Below are positions 58,601 to 64,000 of a stretch of 64,000 nucleotides of DNA, one piece after another (positions within the stretch are counted from its first letter, which is position 1; the number at the start of each line of letters is the position of its first letter). The stretch lies in IMG/VR virus record IMGVR_UViG_3300027847_001767; one strand, written 5' to 3'. This DNA comes from an uncultured virus (IMG/VR IMGVR_UViG_3300027847_001767). Its lineage: Duplodnaviria > Heunggongvirae > Uroviricota > Caudoviricetes. The notes under the pieces were generated by a model. That model worked only from the letters and a program-made list of their open reading frames with translations. It did no database searches and had not been told where the DNA came from. The position numbers and the translations under genes are program-made.

Positions 58601-61600
58601 TAACATGGACTATATAAGAGTTCATAACTTATCTGGAGTTGGACAAGGGTTCGAATTAGATGCAATCTTAGTGGGTGTATGTGGTGATGATTTCCCTTGT
58701 ATGGGAATTGAAAATACATGCCCATTACCAAATACGGTTGCGTGTGGAACTTTAATCGAAGATATTTTAGGGACAGATGGAAGTGTTTGTTATGTGTGTG
58801 AAGGAGTAGGAACTATGTGTGTTTTAGGCGAAGAATGTATTGGTGGAACGTGTAGTGTTAATAATCCTTGTGCTCCTTTAAATGTTGGAGATGCTTGTAA
58901 TGATGGCAACCCTTGTACCGAAAACACTACTATCAACTCTTTTTGCTTATGTACTGGAGGAAACGAAATAGCAAATGATTGTCAAGATCCTACTACTGTA
59001 GATTGTGGGGTAGCTTTAACTTCTATCTCTGGATGCTTTACTTGTGTTGGAGTAGGAACGAAGTGTGTTTCTGGAACTTGCACGAGTGAATGCTGTACAA
59101 ACTTAACGGATGCAGGAGAGATAGCTGGAGAAGAAAGCAGTTGTTCGTTGTTTGATCCTTCCGAGATTACTGATTCTGTTGCTCCAAGCGGAGGATTAGG
59201 TGGAACAATAGAATATCAATGGCTTGAAGATGGACTTGTGGTTTCTGGAGCTACAACAAGTTCTTATAACCCACCCGTTATTTTTAGTACAAAATGGTAT
59301 ATAAGACAATCTAGAAGGGATTGCCAGATGGCATGGATTTCTACAGATACTATTTTTAAGTACGTAAATACTCCACCTACTACTATAATAACCGGAGATC
59401 AGTTTACATGCGCTTATGATTCAACCCAAATAACCGCTTCTGGTGGTGTTTCTTATGTTTGGAGTGATGGAGAGACAACTGCTTCTGCTTACTTGCTTCC
59501 TGGGTCTTATACAGTCACAACAACAGATGTAAATGGATGTACGGATGTAGAGTCTGTAAGTATTAGTGATTTGGGAGAACCTACAGCAAATATTACCGCA
59601 AGTGGTACTTCTATATGTGATGAACAAACTGTGAACCTGTCTTCTGATTTCGCTACTTCATATAATTGGTCAACTGGATCTACTGCTTCTAATATCGATG
59701 TGGGGCCTGGAACCTATACTTTGACTGTTACGGATGAAAATGGCTGTACCTCTACGGATTCTCAAGTAGTGAGTTCGTTGGGATCTTGTTGTCCTTTGGT
59801 TCTTAATCAAATAAATGGTGGTTTTAGCATTATATCATGCAGTCCATACCAAGCAAGCATTCCTTTGTCATGGAATGCTACGACCCCTAATTATTATGTG
59901 TACTATAGAAAAAACGGAGGAGCATTGATATTGAGCGGTGGCGCTCAGTCTGCTACATCAAAGAATGTGTCTGTAACTAGCCCTGGATCATTCTCAAGCG
60001 ATTATTATGATTTTTATATAGTGGATAATGTAACTTCTGGTGGTGGGTGTAGCTCTAATATTGTTAGAGTTTGGGTTACGTGTAATTCTTGTACACCAAT
60101 AACGTTGTCAGTAAATCCATCTTTAGTTAATGGGTGTTCTATTCCAATAACAACTGTTACATTTAGCTGGACCGCAACCACACCTACATATCATCTCTGG
60201 TTTGGGGTTGGAAATCCAGCTAGCAACTTCCAAGATTTCACAACTACAACAAACAACTCAATAGATAGAGGGTATGCATTGCCTGGTGATGCTCAATTTT
60301 ATATAATTGATGGAGATGGGTGCCAATCGAATACTGTAACAATTGATGGATACTGTGAACAAGCAGAGAATTGCAATTTAGTGGGCGATGAAGATGGAGA
60401 TGGCTTTGCTGATTGTTTAGATTCTGATTGTGTTCCAAATGCTAATGCAGGGCCAAACGTTAGTATATGTTCTGGTGATCAGACAACATTAACAGCAACG
60501 GGTGGTGCTTCATATACATGGAATCAAGGGTTGGGATCGGGTGCCTCTAAGATTGTTAGCCCTACTGTAACAACAATTTATACTGTAACAGTTACAGCAA
60601 ATAATGGATTTGCTTGTACTGCTACAGATCAAGTGACCGTAACGGTAACATCATGTGGGTGTGATCCTGCGGTTGGAACGCCTTGTTCGGATGGTAATGC
60701 GTGTACTATAAATGATGTGATACAATTAAATTGTATTTGTGCTGGAACAACTATTACAAATGATTGCCCAGCAGCAAATACAGTGGCGTGTGGGGACGCT
60801 CTGGTTTCTCCTTCTGGATGCTTTACTTGTGCCGGAACAGGAACAATGTGTAGCTCAGGCGAAACATGTAGTGGTGGGGTGTGTACTGTTGATCCAAGTT
60901 GTCCGGCTTTATTAGATCCAGGTGGTGTAATTATAGTAAATTCTACATGTCCGTTTGGTGGAAGCCCAAGTGGAGGTTCCATTTCTCCCCCTAGTGGTGG
61001 TTGTAATGCTGGCTCTACACTTCAATACCATGCTGGCGGTGGTTGGTCTTCTACTTTACCTATATATGATCAAGATGGTCCGGCTCAATTAATACAGACT
61101 AGATGTAGATGTGATTTGAATGGCACTACAGGAACAGTAAGTAATAAATCAACTACTCCAGCTACTTGCTCTGGATGTCCTGACTTATCTGCGGTTGCTC
61201 CTCCTATAGTTGTAGTAAATAGTTCTTGTCCTGGCGGTTCTCCTACTGGCGGTTCATGGGCAATGCCTGTTGCTTCTTGTCCTTCTGGTAGCACACTCCA
61301 AAGAAAAAGATCTACAAGTGGAACATGGTCTTCGTCTACTTCGCCTATATCTTATCTTTTAAATTCTTCTCAGACATGGCAGACTAGGTGTGTATGTAGT
61401 TCTAATCCTTCATTTACAAGTCCTATTTCGAGCACAACAAGTGTTCCTGCAGTAACACCAAATGCGACTATAAGCCCATATGCAGGGCAAACAACGACTT
61501 GTGATGATCTTGTGCAATTGATAAGTAGTGCAAATAATGTAACTATAGATGATTATCTATGGTCTACAAGCGCAACGAGTCAAGCTATTAATGTATTGGC

Positions 61601-61997
61601 AGGATCGTATACAGTAACAATTACAAGTACTTTAGGGTGTGAAGGAATTGATAATCAAGTTATAAGTGAGGTGTGCGAATTAGGTATTACATCTGTAGTT
61701 AGGGGTGGGCAACCCGATATATGGGGAGCAGGGAATGATAATCTTTACTTTTTTGTAAGACATACTGCAGGATGTATTTCTAGTGGGCCAGGCTTATTGA
61801 CAGAATACCGAATAAATAACGGCAATTGGATGTTTAGCTCAAATATTGGTGAAGGAGTTTTAATTTCTCCAGGTTCTTTAGGACATTATGTAAATTTAAT
61901 TTCAAGTCCAGGCGATGATATAGATGTAAGATGGACCCTTAGTCATTCTGATGGGTGCTCAGTTCAATATACCTATAATGATATAATTGCACAATGA
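55614..61997 (+). CDS. S8 subtilisin-like protease fused to Cys-rich and SprB/Ig-like repeats
   Basis: VIDDG, HGMAVAG, SAGN and GTSASAP catalytic motifs; DADNDG..CNDND, PCDDGDP and YxW...GxYxVTVTDxxGC repeats; likely true start ATG 55516 across a T9 frameshift. Confidence 0.9.
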   Translation: MTVGPLFSSATIGKLKCEFSEYFLFSFKNGFIYDTLFESSIDNGLYVKVKISPKNGLDFIKKYESSLIYAQPDFICPVFHNDLLWPKQFQLNNTGQYIDGQKITAGLDVNVQSVWNTYTGTGIKVSVIDDGIEDHEDLPTIFNSYAPADGGTGEPQDVGKRGRHGMAVAGIISALHNDLGIRGVAPSAMLIGVNIFKRGTSISDYADAFMWSMNQGADVINCSWGFKYEAVDIISENPRQFNLIAGAQCDDVFPALTSTINHVATAGRNGRGCVLVFSAGNWAQTGPLGQNSIECVTYPANLASVISVGAITPQGQRSIYSNYGPKLDVVAPSNDLNFSGSKSFFGVRTIDREGTAGYASGNYTARFGGTSASAPVVSGAAALILNADPGLSASQVKDLLLGTTTDVLTAGFDIESGYGLIDIQAAIDAIGTTVTRSAPCDLLGGDADNDGICLNSDCNDNDASYPRIPGTPCDDGDPSTSNDEISIDGCSCAGVAIPCYPFADVDGDGRCSNNDCNDNDAALPAAPGTLCNDGDLSTLSDTITTDSCTCVGIPIPDDCATCCATNNCNCTFYVQDVSTCLDTARLTVIGGCFSPTTLSYRWSTGDTTESTVSVPGLYIVTITDLADSCVSVATGQILGADQPEVSIIYSNITCADASLNLTSRYGTPPYTYQWSGGQNWDNDCNLDLQCNYLVYTEGIYAVTVTDASGCTDSTSIDIDFIDSILTVTLTAVNDEECTVFDESSISASATGEAPFSYLWTNSATSQMIGFLAPGNYGVTVTDANGCIGTDTISVALNEGSCDAPCDFGIIGDVDDCDGDITITEITPSGGVTYIWNDLVTTQNRTGLAPGQYSVQATDSLGCNAMLVLEVEDCCPVEICCNYIDDDGDGLVDCYDLDCACSEATAAVSVENSSNVPTSGNAIGAVDGLTAIFSGSGFAVYKFTASVSGVARLFITDEVGTGPYSMQVSQSNDNISYSNNTFYTDADVKPWAFPIVSNMDYIRVHNLSGVGQGFELDAILVGVCGDDFPCMGIENTCPLPNTVACGTLIEDILGTDGSVCYVCEGVGTMCVLGEECIGGTCSVNNPCAPLNVGDACNDGNPCTENTTINSFCLCTGGNEIANDCQDPTTVDCGVALTSISGCFTCVGVGTKCVSGTCTSECCTNLTDAGEIAGEESSCSLFDPSEITDSVAPSGGLGGTIEYQWLEDGLVVSGATTSSYNPPVIFSTKWYIRQSRRDCQMAWISTDTIFKYVNTPPTTIITGDQFTCAYDSTQITASGGVSYVWSDGETTASAYLLPGSYTVTTTDVNGCTDVESVSISDLGEPTANITASGTSICDEQTVNLSSDFATSYNWSTGSTASNIDVGPGTYTLTVTDENGCTSTDSQVVSSLGSCCPLVLNQINGGFSIISCSPYQASIPLSWNATTPNYYVYYRKNGGALILSGGAQSATSKNVSVTSPGSFSSDYYDFYIVDNVTSGGGCSSNIVRVWVTCNSCTPITLSVNPSLVNGCSIPITTVTFSWTATTPTYHLWFGVGNPASNFQDFTTTTNNSIDRGYALPGDAQFYIIDGDGCQSNTVTIDGYCEQAENCNLVGDEDGDGFADCLDSDCVPNANAGPNVSICSGDQTTLTATGGASYTWNQGLGSGASKIVSPTVTTIYTVTVTANNGFACTATDQVTVTVTSCGCDPAVGTPCSDGNACTINDVIQLNCICAGTTITNDCPAANTVACGDALVSPSGCFTCAGTGTMCSSGETCSGGVCTVDPSCPALLDPGGVIIVNSTCPFGGSPSGGSISPPSGGCNAGSTLQYHAGGGWSSTLPIYDQDGPAQLIQTRCRCDLNGTTGTVSNKSTTPATCSGCPDLSAVAPPIVVVNSSCPGGSPTGGSWAMPVASCPSGSTLQRKRSTSGTWSSSTSPISYLLNSSQTWQTRCVCSSNPSFTSPISSTTSVPAVTPNATISPYAGQTTTCDDLVQLISSANNVTIDDYLWSTSATSQAINVLAGSYTVTITSTLGCEGIDNQVISEVCELGITSVVRGGQPDIWGAGNDNLYFFVRHTAGCISSGPGLLTEYRINNGNWMFSSNIGEGVLISPGSLGHYVNLISSPGDDIDVRWTLSHSDGCSVQYTYNDIIAQ

Positions 61998-64000
61998 GAA
62001 TATTAATCTTTTGTTTGTTATCGATTCCATTGTTATCACAAGAGTTAACGGTTGATTGTGTATTCGAATCTCCAGACTCGATTACAACTGTGGTAAGTGG
62101 AGGGATAGCACCTTATTCTTATATGTGGTCAGATTCAGACACAACAGAACATAGAGGCAATTTGAGTGCCGGTACATATATCGTAACTGTAGTAGATGCT
62201 ACCAATTGTTATAATGTGTGTGGGGTAGATATACCTGGTGCTCCTTGTAATATTATAATCGAAGAGACTATAGCAAAAGATACGTGTGGTAACAGTTTAG
62301 GATCAATAGACCTAAATGTAAGCGGTGGTTCAGCTTCTTATTCTTTCTTTTGGAATACAGGCGATACAATAGAAGATATTTTTAATATCCCTGCTGGATC
62401 ATATACGGTACAGGTTATCGATAGTATGTATAATGCTTGTGATACCACGAAAACAATTGTAGTTCCAGATACCAGTATTACTATTTTAATCCCTTTTGTA
62501 GTCACCGAATCAGATTGTGACAACGGAGATATAGATATTAGCCCTACTCCAGTGAGAGATGATTACAGCTTTGTATGGTCTAATGGCTTCTTAGGAGAGG
62601 ATCTTATTGATGTAGGCGAAGGGTTTTATGAGGTAGATGTTTCGTATGGGACCTGTTTAGCTGATACTATTATAGAGATGACTGCAGATACAGTATTTGA
62701 TGTCAGTTGTATAATAGTTACCCCAAATACTATTTCTGTTACCCCTATAGATGGAACAGAACCAGTTACTTACTTATGGTCGGATGCAAATACAGAACAA
62801 ACCAGAGACAGTTTAGTACCAGGATTATACCAAGTAACAGCTACAGATGCCGATGGATGTGTAGCAGAATGCGAGATACTATTACTAGGTTCTGATACTT
62901 GTTTTAATAGACAACCCGTAATCAACCTTACTTTCGACCAGAACTGTTTAAATGATACGATAACGATTACAGCAAGCCCAGATACAGGTGCTTATGTTCC
63001 TGCTTGGAGCTCAACTTCTACAATCCAGGGAGATACAAATTTGTGGTCGATTAAAATACTAAGTACTGCAGAAGAACAAATAGAGGCTACCCTCACTCTA
63101 TCAGACGATACATGTTCATTCTTTTATAACATTGTTTTTGGTTCTATAAATTGTTGCGCTTGTGTACTTACGGATATAGATACAACCTTATGCTATGGTG
63201 ACTCTATTGCTATGGCATTAGATACTACAAGCTGTTTAGGTCCATTAACCTATGCATGGTCTAATGGTGACACGGTTGAAAATCCTATGGTTTATATGGG
63301 TGGAAATTATGAATTGACTTTAACAGATGCCGATGGTTGTTCTACGGTAGGGTATTATAAGGTTCAAACCCTAATAGCTCCTATTGTAAACATCGAAGGC
63401 GCTTTAAGCCTCTGTAACGGACAAACAAGTATGCTAACAGCTATTGGTGAGGTAGATTCGGTGTTATGGTCTACAGGCGACACGGTGGCCTCTATAACAA
63501 TAGATACGGCAGGAACTTATACTGTGACTAGCTATGGTGCTGGTTGTAATTCAATTGCTTCAGTAGACGTTACATTTTTTAGTGACAATTCTATTGATTT
63601 GGGAGTAGATACAACTAATTGCGACCAAGTATTACTAGATCCAGGTTATTCGGGAACTTACTTATGGTCTACAGGTGCTATAAATAATAAAATTATAGTC
63701 AATCAAACAGGGCTTTATAAGGTTACAATAACAGATATAAATGGTTGTGAGGCGGTTGATAGTATCAATGTGACTATTAATATGCATCCTTACTTTGGGA
63801 TAGTAAGTTCTAGTTCTTGTGATTCTACAGTTTTAAGTACAGGGCAAGTTGGAGATCATGCATGGTCTACGGGTGATTCTACAAGCACCACTACTGTATT
63901 GTCTTCAGGTTTTTATGATGTGACAGTAACGGATGCGAATGCATGTACGAGGGTTCAAACAATAGATGTAACAATTTATGATACCGATATTTTAAGCCTA
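61994..64000 (+). CDS. secreted SprB-repeat adhesin-like protein, truncated by the window end
   Basis: ATG 61994 overlaps the upstream TGA; MRILIFCLLSIPLLS-Q; many GGxAPYSYxWS...GTYxVTVxDAxxC units; still in frame at 64000; absent from the ORF track because it has no stop. Confidence 0.85.
   Translation, partial: MRILIFCLLSIPLLSQELTVDCVFESPDSITTVVSGGIAPYSYMWSDSDTTEHRGNLSAGTYIVTVVDATNCYNVCGVDIPGAPCNIIIEETIAKDTCGNSLGSIDLNVSGGSASYSFFWNTGDTIEDIFNIPAGSYTVQVIDSMYNACDTTKTIVVPDTSITILIPFVVTESDCDNGDIDISPTPVRDDYSFVWSNGFLGEDLIDVGEGFYEVDVSYGTCLADTIIEMTADTVFDVSCIIVTPNTISVTPIDGTEPVTYLWSDANTEQTRDSLVPGLYQVTATDADGCVAECEILLLGSDTCFNRQPVINLTFDQNCLNDTITITASPDTGAYVPAWSSTSTIQGDTNLWSIKILSTAEEQIEATLTLSDDTCSFFYNIVFGSINCCACVLTDIDTTLCYGDSIAMALDTTSCLGPLTYAWSNGDTVENPMVYMGGNYELTLTDADGCSTVGYYKVQTLIAPIVNIEGALSLCNGQTSMLTAIGEVDSVLWSTGDTVASITIDTAGTYTVTSYGAGCNSIASVDVTFFSDNSIDLGVDTTNCDQVLLDPGYSGTYLWSTGAINNKIIVNQTGLYKVTITDINGCEAVDSINVTINMHPYFGIVSSSSCDSTVLSTGQVGDHAWSTGDSTSTTTVLSSGFYDVTVTDANACTRVQTIDVTIYDTDILSL

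Noticed and set aside
16381..62895. Many short antisense or nested ORFs in the track (e.g. 24586, 26020, 38353, 53353, 60629)
   Set aside because: They lie within long motif-bearing genes and read as shadow frames
1..64000. Stop-codon reassignment as seen in some crAss-like phages
   Set aside because: Long genes are intact in the standard code, and TAA, TAG and TGA all end genes

Overview
The window reads as a contiguous part of an AT-rich tailed dsDNA phage genome with a Bacteroidota host. Host evidence: TAnnTTTG -7 promoters, signal peptides cleaved before Gln, and SprB-type repeats. Two clusters of small early-type genes run in opposite directions (571-9523 on -, 9873-14397 on +) from a largely non-coding centre flanked by a wHTH gene and an XRE gene. 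A structured 0.75-kb intergenic region (14398-15141) is followed by a long + strand block. That block encodes a metzincin lipoprotein, GroEL with two GroES-type genes, and fibre/lectin proteins, several with Sec signal peptides. Then come membrane proteins, terminase, portal, scaffold-like protein, major capsid protein, podovirus-type ring and nozzle proteins, and three ejection-type proteins, the largest with an M15-like peptidase motif. It ends with a 2127-aa subtilase/Cys-rich/SprB protein and a second SprB-repeat protein running off the window. No integrase, DNA polymerase, RNA polymerase, tRNA or CRISPR array was recognised. Main leads: (i) a set of apparently exported fibre/adhesin proteins inside the morphogenesis region; (ii) a T9 tract that puts the subtilase signal peptide out of frame; (iii) a 79-nt two-hairpin element present once in each arm; (iv) three tandem promoter-sRNA-terminator units. 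All product calls come from motifs and synteny read by eye; no searches were run.
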